Assembly (NCBI RefSeq): GCF_006345805.1
Contig: NC_042999.1
Location: forward strand, 90,210,001-90,274,000
Source of the DNA: Octopus sinensis
Taxonomy: Eukaryota
Length of the DNA: 64,000 bases
Direction of reading: 5' to 3'
Below the pieces are notes generated by a model, which saw only the letters and a program-made list of their open reading frames with translations, was not told the origin of the DNA and did no database searches. A program made the position numbers and the translations under genes. Below are positions 34,920 through 48,100 of the stretch, piece after piece. How positions within the stretch are numbered: position 1 is the first letter of the stretch; each line of letters opens with the position of its first letter.

Positions 34920-35965
34920 TAATAATAAAAAAAAGATTGTGTGTTTGTGAATTTGTTACTTTAACTCCTCCGAGACTATCAAACAAACCTTGATGAAACT
35001 TGATACATGTGTGGGGCTTATGTCTATGTGCACTTACACACTTAGAATTTTACACATTTGGAATTTTAAAAAAAATCGATTTTTAATCAGCATTGAATTT
35101 TCAAAAATCATAAAATTTTGGCATTTTTCGCACTAGCCATTGTGACATCAATTTGATGAAAAATATTTCATGAGTATAAACAGACAGTTTATTAATGGTA
35201 ATCTATTTAACATTTGCTAATTCTTCATTTCAATGCAAATTGTTTCGGTTTGCTGGAACTTATTATTTCAATTCGTTGTTTGAATTCCCCAGTGTTTCAG
35301 GTTTGGATTAGGTAAGACCATTTTATTTCTCAAGCAAAATTTAAGCATTTTGTGCACTAGCCTTCATAACATCAATTTGACGAATATGCCCCAAAATTTT
35401 GCCATTTTATGCACATGCACAAAAATGACAACACAGGTTTGCTACCAGACTGTTAATTTTTTTGTCAAATTGGTCCTACCCATTAATACAGATTTTAACT
35501 TTTTGAAAAATACCAAAATTTATTGAAAAATGTTTCATGGCTATCAACAATCATCTTAATGGTAATTTATTTAGCATTTGCTAATTCTGCATTTCAATGC
35601 GAATTGTTTTGATTTGCCAAAACTTATTATTTCAATTTGTTGTTTTAATTCCCCAGCATTTCAGGTTTTGATTAGGTAAGACCATTTTATTTCTCAAGCA
35701 AAATTTAGGCATTTTGCACACTAGCCATCATGACATCAATTTGACAAAATCTGCCACAAAGCTTAAAATTTTGCCATCTTATGCACATGCACAAAAATGA
35801 TGATACATTTCGCTACCAGACTCTGCTCATACTTTTCATCAAATTGATCCGGCCCATTAATATAGATTTTAAATTTTTATGTCGAAATTTGATGAAAAAT
35901 GTTTCATGGCTATAAAGAGATATCTTATTAATGGTAATTTTTTTTACTGGGTACCTCAGCAAGTT
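34920..35965 (+). mobile_element. Helentron/HINE (DINE-1-like) non-autonomous element with internal ~367-bp tandem duplication (~2.2 copies)
   Basis: Start 'ctataataataaaa..gtgtgtttgtg', internal 'ttgatgaaacttg', end 'ctgggtacctcagcaagt'; repeat units start near 35157, 35522 and 35891. Confidence 0.5.
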
Positions 35966-37727
35966 TTTAAATATGAAATATGTAAAAGACATAAGTCTAT
36001 TCTAACACTGTCTGGAATTAGTCTAAATCAGAAATGTGAACTCTAATATAGATCACAAAAAAAGCCTGTGTGCTGATGATATAACCAAACAACAATCTTG
36101 TCCCAGACAAAAATCAATAAAACTGCAAGACTTTTAGGGATGGGTTCTGAGATATTAAAAGATAGCTTGGTGTCATACCACTTAATGGATCAGATGTTAA
36201 GCTCCAGTTCAGCTCTGATCAAAAGCAATCCATCAATGAGCATTCTACTTTATTTTATGAGACAATTGATTTAAAATTACATTATCAAATGCGTTCTTCC
36301 ATTTTTAAAGGTGAAACTTGCAGTGATTGCCTTGTTAACCTGATAACCTATGTAACAGTAAGTACCATTGTTAACCACCAAAATTTTAAGAAAATGTGAT
36401 AGAGAGAACTAAAAAAATTACATAGTCCATGCTTTCTCATACTTTCTCTTCCCATACAATGATTTTATGAAAGTTGAAAGAATTATAATAAGTGTATAAT
36501 AAAACCAAATGGGTAAGGATGCCATTTGGATATATTTTATGCAGAATTGGGGATTAACAATGCTAAAATTTGAGTTAGTTACTACAAAAACTGGTAACAT
36601 TTCAAACAAAGAATCAAGAGAATAACATCAAATCTGTAATCTGATTGGTGTTAAGAAATGCTAAACGCTACAACCAGATGGTTTGAAAGACTTCAGGTCA
36701 TGGATGATTTAGGATAAAATTCTCTTAACAAGTTCTATATATCAGTGATTTGGTTCTTACTAATCAATCAATTGAAGGGTTGTAAAAGAAATTTCAAAGC
36801 CAAAATAAAATAGGCTTGAAGGTGTACATAATAATGGTGAAGGTAGTAATTATTACCAGATACCACACGTGGTCAGGAATGTAGTATCCATATCAGTATT
36901 AACAAGGAGTGTACAAAAAGTACAGTAAAATGCCTGGTAGTATTGATTGATAACCAAAACTTTGAAGCGGAACAGCAAATGTGGCTGTGAAATGATTGCT
37001 ATAGATCACTTTGATGACTTATTGAAAAAAGTTGCTCAGCTCAGTTGACAGCAAAAGATTTCCTCCTTGTGGTTTATAAAAGAAGTAGCAACAGAAGAGC
37101 TGAGTGAGACAATTACTTTGAGAAAATTTCAGTGCAAGTGAGTAGACAAAGGCCAATGAACCAAAAGCATTGGTAAATATATATGTTGATAGGGGAAAAT
37201 AACACTAATCAATGATGCACAACCATTGAAAATCTGCTATGGATTGGTGATGAAATATACCATAAAGTGAGGTGGATTTTAAGAAACTTGAGAGGAAGTA
37301 GTTAGGTTATATTTGAAGTTGTAGAGCCACAATGAAAGGGTATGTACAACGTTCAGATAAAGCAGTAGGCTTTGATGTTTGCAGTTAATATTTACTAAGA
37401 TACTAGCTGAGGTTCAGAGTGAATCTCTTAAGCTATAGTGCATAATTAAATGACTGGAGGAAGATACAGTTTGGTAAAATTATTCCAAAATAACAAAGTA
37501 TTTTCAACACGTAAGTGATGGTAGATGAGAATGAAAGCTGATACATTACAAGATCATTTTCACAATTTAAATGTTTTGCCTTATCAGTCAAATAGTAACA
37601 CAATGTAGAAAAATCTGTTTAAACTAAGATTAAAATAATAAACTATTCTTACAAAAATGCATATCCTTAGACTTAGCAAAGATAAAGATCTTAAAGTGGT
37701 AATTTATAAAAATATTTAATTCTTTAA

Positions 37728-37932
37728 CCCTTTCGTTACTAACCTGGCTCTGTAGTACAAATGTTTTGTTTTTATAAGTTTTGCATCAAAATATACCACC
37801 AAACCTTAGTCGCAATTTATATTCCTAATACTAGCTTAATGATAACTAAGTTATTTTACTAAATTATTTGTTATATTTAAAATAATTGAAAGAAACACAT
37901 AGCATCTCAAAATAAATACAGTAACGAAAGGG
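37728..37932. mobile_element. piggyBac-type MITE (205 bp)
   Basis: 13-bp TIR CCCTTTCGTTACT / AGTAACGAAAGGG flanked by TTAA at 37724-37727 and 37933-37936. Confidence 0.85.
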
Positions 37933-39079
37933 TTAAAGACCCAAAGTACTCTTGTTATGAAAAGTGTAACATTTATAGTAATAACAATCATTCCATAGCC
38001 TTTGAGACAATCATCAGATCATATTACCAATGTGGTAATATTTGGCAGCTGCACTTCAAGAAGGACCAAATTCTTTTAGGAATGTATAAGGGAAAGCAAA
38101 TGAATTGAATTTTTGAAATCTTATAATCAGGTGGGAAGGTACTACCTTTATAGGGTCTCTGAGAGGAGTGGGAGGGAAAGGGGAAGATATCCTCAAACAG
38201 GAGACCTGGCATGGATGCTTGTAGTATATAGAACAAAATGAAATCCACCAAAGGCACCTAAGATGTAAGGTGGTGGTGTTAATATTGATTGCAACATTAA
38301 AGCAATTATCCCGAAGCCAGGTTTAAGGTACTTGATTTACTGCAAACAGTACAAAATGGAGGAATTGGGGGTCTTATATTGCAAAAAAAGACATTAACAA
38401 AAATTATGAAATATTAGAATTTCATTTGTCAGCATTTAAAATACTTTAGCATGAATTATTTAAGACAACATTTAAAACAAATTTATACAGTAACCACTCA
38501 CAATAAACTGATTTAAATAGTTTGCCAAGTAAGATTATTGAAATAATTTTGACAATAGATTTGATAATTACTATATGAACAATACATTTAACAAACTCCA
38601 TCTTGATATACTGCAAAAGTGCATTACAAAAAAGTAGTTTCCCTCAGGCTGTGATAGTAAGTCATACGAACAAAACTTGAACATTCTCTTTGAAGTCCAA
38701 TATTATGTGGACTAGTTACAGAAGGAGTTGAGGATGATGATAATTTTTAGTTTAGAAATATGAAATATGTAATTTCATACTGGCTTCTTTGCAAAATGCT
38801 AACTTGGTGTGTGTAAGAATGTTAATATATCTCTTTCTCTTCCCATACTATCTCTGAAATTGTGGAAATTAATATTGCTTCCAAATCTAGAATAAAATAG
38901 TGAACTTAATAGTAAGAGTTAAAAATGAAACAAGAATTAGTTAACAAAACAATATATAGAATTAAGTTGTGGGTTCAGATAGAAAATTTGAACAATATTT
39001 TGAAATTAGTTACTGTAAATAAAGCAATTTTATTCATTATATTTGAAATAATTACTCTCATCTTTTCTATAAAATAAAT

Positions 39080-40290
39080 GATGATTGAAATGTCTCAATT
39101 TGTCATTGGTTTTAATACATGTATGATACATATAGACAATGTGTCATAAATCCAGATGTCATTATTGAAAAGTATGTAGAGAATGATAGTGGCACACTCA
39201 CCCTCACTGATACTAAGAAAGAAGCATGGAAATGACACTAAAAGAAATTGATAAAGGATGGGTAAAAAGAGGAATAACCCAAATACATCCAATTGACGAA
39301 CCAAGTCATGAATAGAAGCATAATTATCAAGAATCTTATCAGGAAGAGAAGAGAACTAAGAGATGTATTTTGGTTTCGTGTCAAGACATGGAACCACTGA
39401 TCTTTTTTCTTTGTGGAAAAAGTACAGAAAGTTCTCCATAATTCTCATAGTTGAATCAGTTGGAGAGTTAGAGTTACAGTTCCAAATGTGAAGCAGGAGT
39501 TTAGAATTGAGATATCAATTTAGTCAAAAATGAAAATGGGATACAGCTACTGACAGAGAAGCAGTCATGCTCAACATTCAAAAAGAGAACAGATAGAAGC
39601 TCTAAATGGTGTATACATTAAAGACAATGAGCAGACGAAAGGTGCAGTGGCATATCAGGAAAGCCAACAGAGAAGGATTTCATATGTAACAGATGCAAAG
39701 TAGCAGTTAGCAACAGAGCACCTAAGAAATTAAGTTTTTTAGCAGCTCAGAAAGCTCATTAGAAGTAGTTGATAGCTTCTGCTATCTAGGTGTCCTAATC
39801 AGCAATGGCGGTAGGTGTTATGGATATTAAGACTGAATAAGAATGGAAGGGGAAATTTTCAGGGAATAAGTAACTCTTTTGCAATAGATGGCTTTCTCTC
39901 TTTGAATGAAGAGGAGACTGTATGATACTTGAATATGAAATGATGCAACATGGTAGTCAGATATGGGTCAGAGCTAAATATGGAGGATATTTAAAGCTGA
40001 AAAGAAATGAAGAAAGCATACTTCATTGAATGTGTCATGTTATCATGCATGAATGATAGAGTGCAAGAGCATTGAGAGAAAAACTTAGAGGTAACAGCCT
40101 CATTATGTGGGAGAGAAAACTGTTCTGGTAAGAACACGATGCACATGAAGAATGATATTAGGTGAAAAATATCAAACAACTTTTATAGAAGGAGCCTGCA
40201 AATATGTGGGAAGAAGTTGTAACATCAGTATGTTGGATAGTAAAAAGCATAGAAAATGCTGTAATGAAATGGACACATTCAACCCATACA
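39080..40290 (+). mobile_element. Decayed RTE LINE RT region
   Basis: 'LEVVDSFCYLGVLISNGG' (RTE LEVVDxFxYLG) plus downstream degenerate RTE C-terminal motifs. Confidence 0.6.
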
Positions 40291-42579
40291 AACATAGAGA
40301 AGCAGTTGTATAAATGATACACAATTTTAATACTGATTGTCTATGACATAAATATTTTACATTCAGATTCTTTAGTAAAGCATACAAATTTAGAAAATGT
40401 ATTATTTCTAACTATATAGATTCATATGAAGGCAGTAAAGGTTCTTAAGTTTTAAATGTCTAGTAAAATGAAAAGATGAAAATGGTAATCAGAAAATCTG
40501 AAAAGTAAACAATAACAACACATTTTAGAATTATAGCATTACAATGTAAAAACGCTTCACATTACTTTGATAATAGTAATTTAAATCAACAATGAAGTAA
40601 AACTTTCAACAATCAGTAAGATTAGTAGTTGTTATTTCATATAAGAATGAATAAGTAGAATGAAGTAATATCCATTAACAAGAACACATTGTATATTTAT
40701 AAAGAAAATATCTTTAGTTTACAGAATATTTGTAAATGTTACAATAAAATACACAATGTTCAACAAAGAATGCAGCATCTAATCAGATTGGTATAAGAAA
40801 AGATTCATCAAAAGAAGTATAAGGTTAAAGATTATGAAGAAACCAACCAGTGAGTCAAAGTTAAACTTTTAATAACCAAGAAATTATGTTTGAAAAGGTT
40901 TCTGTTGCATTCTATGAATAGTCAGTAAAATTTTCTAAATAATAATACAGTAGCAGTAGACTTATAGAGGAAACATATTCCCTTTTAAATTATCTTTATA
41001 ATATAATAGTGCTATACTTTCAAGAAAGCTGTCATTAATCAGAGAGCTGCTAATTCTTTTTATCATACAACATGTTATATAAAATAATTTTACTAAATCA
41101 TTTAAAATTAAAAAATTAACTTTTAATTAATAAATCATGAAAATTTAACTGGAATAGCTCTTCATCATCATTTGTGAAAGCAACAGTTTTTCAGACAAGA
41201 TCAATATACTGATACAAAAGTTCTGTTCTAGAGGTGTAAACTTTTGAATCCATGAATGAATTTGATTATTGCTTGAAGTCATTTAAGTGTATTTTCATTA
41301 AGTAATAAAGCCTTTGGAAAATACATCTTTATATATCTATGCTTAACCCAAAATAAATTACACTAGCTTCTTTTGACTAAAGTACATGATCCTTACATTT
41401 ACAGGGGAACTGAAACAGGAAGTTGAGATCTCATGATTTTTTACATAGAAAAAAAAAACAGTACCAATATAAAGAAAAATTACTAAACAGTTGGGTAAAA
41501 TAATGTTTGCAAAGGAATTAGAATGGCTCATTTTGATAGGGTGTTTATCAGGAAAGAAGCAACAGTGTATCTTTACATGTGTTGTGTCCTTGGTAAAAAC
41601 ATATATAACTCAATGTTACTAGAAGTAGAGTTGCATTATAGAAAAGTGTTTCTTTAGTTTGCAGAGTGAAAGACAAATCCACTCACCTAATTGAGAAGGT
41701 ACCTCAAGAGGTATCTTTCTAAAAAGATGACAGCCCACCTTGTTGATATTAATTATTTATGCACCTCTCACATTATGTGAAGTCCAGCAATTATTTCTAT
41801 TTGCCACATTTATTTAAAAAATAGTGCTTTAACTAAGACTGGGTCCAATTATTTATTTCCAGATACCTTAATTGGCAAACCAGTACAATAATGAAACAAA
41901 GTGAACTACAAGTATCAGAACCAATAATGTTAGAAGCAATATTGTACATATTAAAGGAAGACAAGGAAATAGTATCTAAAATTATAGCTTTTAGAGGAAT
42001 ACTTTCATTAGAATCAAACCTGTAAGGAGCTGACCAACTAGACTTCCTTTTAAAATACCAACTTTTCAATCACACAAAGTCACTAAAACGAGTAGTAGTA
42101 ATATTTTTTGGTGTTGATTTAATTGACAGCATAATGTGCCATAAAAAAGAAAAAAACTAAGCCCAGTATTCAGGATTACTTTTTCCAACATATTCAAACA
42201 TTTTTAAGATGGTAGAATAAAATTTGAAGTAGATTTAGCTGTTAATTATAGTAGATTGACTATCAATACAGTGGATCCTTTGTTTATTATCACCCAAGGA
42301 TAAAGAAAGAATGTACACTACCAATATAAAGTATAGTGGTAAAACAACTGTTGTGCTATGATCAAATTCACCTAATCAGCCTCTGCTACAACAACCCCCA
42401 GTCAACAAAAGAGCGTCTACATGATTGCTTGACCTTCTAGGAACTGCAAACCACATAACACTCAACTATTGTTACAAAAATGAAGAATACACTGGATAAA
42501 TTTATTCTTAGATACACTTTTTGAATAAGAGATAGGATGGCCATAGTTGGGAATGTTTTATGATTAGAGATCTGTTTAG

Positions 42580-42690
42580 TCATTGCTGACCTTGGACTAC
42601 ACAACAAAATGCATAGAGAAATGGATGAGAAGGGGAGGGAATGCGACATGTCCAGATTGTCACAGAGCATTCCACATGATTCATGACTTC
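42580..42690 (+). pseudogene. RING-finger-like half domain (KCIEKWMRRGGNATCPDC)
   Basis: CxxxW(x7-8)CPxC matches the C-terminal half of RING domains; the preceding His/Cys ligands are missing. Confidence 0.35.
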
Positions 42691-44279
42691 ATGCGGGAGT
42701 GTGCAATATGGTTCTCAGCAAGGAAAAACATCGTATATAGCTTAGTCATTTGGTTAACTACTTACATACCATAGGTTTGCTGATCTTGTGTTCAGTGGTG
42801 GGTTCTAGATAAAGTTAGTTGGGGTGCTGCTTCAGAAAATTTTTAGCTGTTGTTTTAATATTGTGTAAAAAGAAACAAACACATAAAAAGATAATTTATA
42901 CATAAACTCAATCGGTTTGCGTTTTAGCTACTGCTGGGTAATGTGTTTAATTTGTTCATTGAACACCGCTTCAAGTTCATCTTGTTTTTCAAAAATCCCC
43001 CCTAAATCACAAAATAAGTTGGGGAAATGTGCCCTATTTTTCAAATCCTGGCAGCAACATTGAAGCTGGAAGCAGGATAATAATCTAATTCTATACTTTA
43101 TCACATTCAAGAATATAAACACATTTTTAAGCACAACACACACAAAGTCAAAAACACTACTGTTGCTCATGCAGTGCTCTCTCTCCCTTGTGTGAAGCTT
43201 CTTATCTTGGACATGTGAGCATGTGCACAACAGTCAAACACTGCGTCACTGGAACTGTGACACTCACAGTTCTATATGAGGATTGTTGTATTTTTTTCAT
43301 AAACTAGGGTATGGCTACTGACATTAAGTATAAAGAAAGAATTAAAGAGAAAAGGACTCATTATATTGAATGTTATCGATAATAGAAAATAGAAATAGGG
43401 GATGCTGCAGTTCCTATACATGAACTGCCACTGCTTGTGTTACAGAACAACTTTAAACTTAGTAAAAATATTTAGTGCTATATTTTAGCTATTTCTGCAT
43501 CCCATTAATGTATGATGTCATAGTTTTGACAAATTACTTTTATAATTCAGATTCAAGTTGTTCCATAACTGCTAATTTTCCAATAACTGTACCTATTTCA
43601 CTTGGTCTTCTGTTATTTCAACAACCATTAATTCTCAGAGAATTCAACAAATTTTCTATACAGAGCAAGTAAATATTTTTTTGACATTAAGCTTATTCAT
43701 AATGATACAATATTATTATTTCATATTTTTCAGAGTCTCCTTTTAAAGTTATGTCATAACATCCTCATTTTATTAGTTAGAAAGAAAAACAGTGTCAATG
43801 ACCCATGCAAGCCATCCAAAACTAGTGACATTAATATAGCTGATACTTAATTTGAACTCCTGTAAGTCAACATTTCAAGAAAGTATGTAGGTAAGAAAGG
43901 AATTCCAGAGGATTGCTGCACTGGAGAGGCATGATTGGTAAAAGTGTTTACTGCAGAATTGGGGTGTTGGGGAATACAAGTATGATGAAAGGAGAAGTGA
44001 TATGTACATAAGGTAGAGTTGGATGGATGGAGTATGCAGCTTGATAATTTAGAAAAGTAAAGGTTCTTGTAGTGAAGTTAGAAGAGGTAGAGAGGGGAAA
44101 AAACCCTAGTTAATGTTAGTGTGTTTGTCAATTAACCAAATGGCCATTTTTGATGCAGATAAGTTTATTTATGCACATAGCAGCATTACTATTTCAGATG
44201 TGCAATCTGTATTCCAATGTTGATCAATGTAGATCCAACTAATCAGATTTGAACAAACTAAGTTTTTGGGAGGTAGTTT

Positions 44280-45170
44280 AAGCAATATCATATGTAAGGT
44301 CTCCTTGAGCAATCATCAAATATAATGCAGCAGCTATGAGTGCTTTAATTCTGTGTTGTTTGTACATAGAGAGGATGTGCAACAGTGTGTACTTGATATT
44401 TCTATTGATGCTGAAGGAGATTATATTTTCATGTTTCAATTTAAGAATTGTTTTGAAGTCTCTGTTCAAAGAAGTAGTGTGAGATAGACATGAAATCTTT
44501 AGGTTAAATATATTGATGTTACTTATAGAAGTGCTAAAGAGTGAATGATAGTATGACATAGATATATAGAGTGGATACAGAAATATACCACTTGCCGAGT
44601 TCTATAAGCTGAACTTACTTTAATATTTTAATTATTACAATGAAAAGACAGGTACATAGAAACAGTGGATACCACCTTTGTGAAAATGCTTTAGCTTAGC
44701 CAAAGAAGAAATATCTATGCAAGTTATACCTCAAACCATTAATCCAGATTGTAATCTTAATACAAATACCCAACACAAAACAGATTGAACTACATGATAA
44801 TGCTTTCTCAATAAGTACCAGTTAAGAGTAAGTCTATACTGTAAATTGGCAGGCAGCAGTTCCAGGTTGAATTTTTTTTGCCTACTGCGCATCCAGTTTT
44901 TCTGTATATGTACAAGATAGTTTTTGCTTGGATAAATGTTTTTATAGATGGATGACCACATATAACTAACCACAACCATTGAAATAGAAGAACCCACTTT
45001 ATTTAGTCAACAAAACAGGAGCAAGATGATTTTGTGTTTTGCTCAATGGTATATAGCAACAAGCTTTGAATTCACGGCTATATGGACAATAATGCAGAAT
45101 CTGATTCTAACAATCATTACCTCACCATGAGTTTATCAGTTGCAGAGATGTGTAAAGTAAGTGACAAACA
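44280..45170 (-). mobile_element. Decayed Penelope-like RT remnant
   Basis: 'MGSSISMVVVSYM' resembles PLE AMGSPISPVxANLYM; supplied ORFs 44731..44997 and 44278..44559. Confidence 0.35.
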
Positions 45171-48100
45171 ACTAAAGCAACTTTGGAAAATTAAGATTGT
45201 TTAGTTACCTACAGCAGTGCCATAGATCAGCTGAATTAGAATATACTGAAATTATCCTCCTACCACCACTGTATATAGCTCACACTTCAAAATTTCAGAC
45301 ATTTATATTTTATTCCAATATAATTATTTTCATATTTTATACTTATGCAACAATTTTTACTACATAGAATATTCTGGTTTCTATTTTAAAAAGTTTTAAG
45401 ATCAGAAATTCCTAGAAAATACAGTCTTTAATTAGTGATAGATCATCTTTTCATAAAAGATATTTTTGTAATTTATGGTTCTGAATCTAGGAGGGGATTA
45501 GATTGTGCAGCCAATTGTAGAGACATGCTACACAAAACTGATTATCTTTTACTTTCTCTTCAGTCTTTCATTTGAATTTTATATACACCATGACAATTGC
45601 CCTCTCATGTTATTTCTGACACACTCCTGAATTCTAGATTATAAATTACTTGGTCATGTAATATATGACCCAAAGAGGGTTCAAATTATGCACTGAAGAG
45701 ATGTAGCCAATTCCTTCATAGCTGTTGCCTTTCGAATATTGTATTTTTTCTAAAACTTTTTCAATCTTGGCACTGAATTGTAAAATCACTTTTCATGCTA
45801 ATATTATTTCCCAATTAATGGTTCTGCAAAATAACAATAAAAAACAATAGATTTGAACTGGATTAGTTCTGACTTTCATGGAGGTCACAGATATCTTATA
45901 TTGCAAGTATTTCAGAGTGTTTATACATTCTGATAGCTTGTGCAGTCTTGAAAGATTCCGAAAAGACTTCTAATTTACATATTACTGAAAACAAAGAAAA
46001 TTTTTCAATGGAAAGCATCCTGAATAACTGAAAAGTAAAACACACTTTTATAATAATTTTATGAAAGAATGTAAAATATTGAGGGTATAGTTTATATTGT
46101 AGAAATGTATCTGTAATATTTGTTAATATTAACTCCCTATCTATATTAAGTTTTAAATTCTTGAAAGTATGAAGTAATTTTTGTGATAATTGCTTATTAG
46201 AGACTTAATAGTAATTTCTAACTTAGGAACAAGTCCACAAATTTAGGAGTAGGGATATGGCAATTTAATCTGTACTTGAATGATATTTTATTTTATTTTT
46301 CTAGTAGTAAGTCAATTACTGATTATTTAAGGTAACATTATAAGGTTTTAAAAAAATATTTTCAGACACAGTTGAGAAGTTAAATTATTATCATTTTAGG
46401 AGACAGGAGTTCAGTTAATCATAAAATGCTGAAATCTGGAAATTGATAGTTATATGAAATGTATACTAACAGCATTGTAGATAATTGATATGTTTCTTTA
46501 AAAAATATGTAACTATTCAGGATAACTGGTAAAAGACAAAATGTACTGTAACAGTTGGTAACATGCTACATGGAAGAAACTCCACTCTCTCAGGCAATTA
46601 TTGCAGAAAGTGAACAAAGAGAGTAGTTGGAAGGCTTTTACTGCATCAGTCCAGTGCTTCCTAGCCTGCCATCTTGTAGGATGCTTTCACTGCATTTATC
46701 CTGCTCTCTCCCAACATCAATAGTCCCCTCCAGTTTCTCGTTTCTCTCACTGTGCTTACTGTATTTATGCACTGTTCCTCCAACCTTGTCTCTATTTTAC
46801 TAGCCTTTCCAAACAACTTCTTCATTAGCTCAATATTCACTATTCTATTCCTCTCCATCTTCTATGGCACCCCACTACTCTCTTAGCCTGTAATAATCTT
46901 CCTCTCACAGCTTCTCTGGACCCTTGACACACTTATCTCTTTCCGTATGTCATGCACACTTTCTCCCACCTTCTACCCACGAGAGAATGAGATACAAGAG
47001 TATTTCCTGGACATGAGCAATGATTGTGATTCTGTGCTGCTGACAAGTACTAGATTACTTTGTCCTCATTGGAAGATATTTCTGGGGTCTCTGACTATGG
47101 AAACAATGCAAGTTTGGTATGAAATATTTAAGTTACATGTTAATGACATTTAGGTATACAAGGTGAATAAGGACTAAAAGAGTATTATCTACACAAAACC
47201 AGTGTTTAAAGAGACAGCATGTTGGTCTTTAATCTATAGAATGAAGAGTGGAATTTGGGTTTTGTAAAAGTTGGTAAAGTGTAGGTCAGTGAAAGTGGTA
47301 TTAGCATATACTGCTCTGGTGCAATCTGACAAAAACTCAAGAGATAAGTGATGTTACCTAACAACATATTAATGTCAAACTGCAAATATTTTTGTTCTAT
47401 GAAGATTGTCATTATCTTCATCAATTTGATGTCTATTCCCATACTGGCATAGGTTGGGTTAGTCTGTGATATGGCTAAATATTGCTTGTCCTATTTTTCA
47501 GCTATCTAATTTGTGAATTCCTTGAGATCAGACTTTTTCACTTCCTCCCATATCTTTGTCCTAGCTACCTTCCAATGTCAGTGCATGATACATATTTTTA
47601 TGTAACGCTCTTTGTTCTTTTACATAACCTGTTCATAGCAGTTCAGTTGTCTCTTCTGCCCATTTTAGCTAATATTCTTAATTCCATCTTCCATGTAAGT
47701 TAAACTTTAAGCATCTTATAGATCACACCTAACTCATTTCTCTTCTTCAGTGGAGATCCTTCACATTCAATGCTAGTGTTTCACTATCATACAATATTAC
47801 ATTTATTAAAAATGCTTCTTACAGTCTTACCTTAGTTACCCTACTTCTTTCTTATTCTAGCTATAAGGTCTTACTAGAACAAGCCCAAATACAAATATAA
47901 AAAGCAGCAGTCACTTTACAAAGCTATTTTAATTACATTTTTATGAGTAATTTTTATTGAATATTTTGCTTAAATTAGAAGTATATTATAATTTTGATAA
48001 GTGTGATTGAAGAAAAGATTTTAAAGTAAAATATTAAGGAAATATCTTTCTAAATTATTTTAAAATAATTTCTAAATGTTAACAAGGTTTTGACAAAAAT

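Noticed and set aside
41130-41260. Minus frame MDSKVYTSRTELLYQYIDLV-TGA-KTVAFTNDDEELF... considered as a selenocysteine or read-through case
   Set aside because: No splice sites, no SECIS seen, no homology; more likely TE debris or chance.
41833-42069. Minus ORF ...FDSNESIPLKAIIL... and overlapping + frame ...MKQSELQVSEPIMLEAIL...
   Set aside because: Open on both strands, weak donor, no motif; cannot be assigned.
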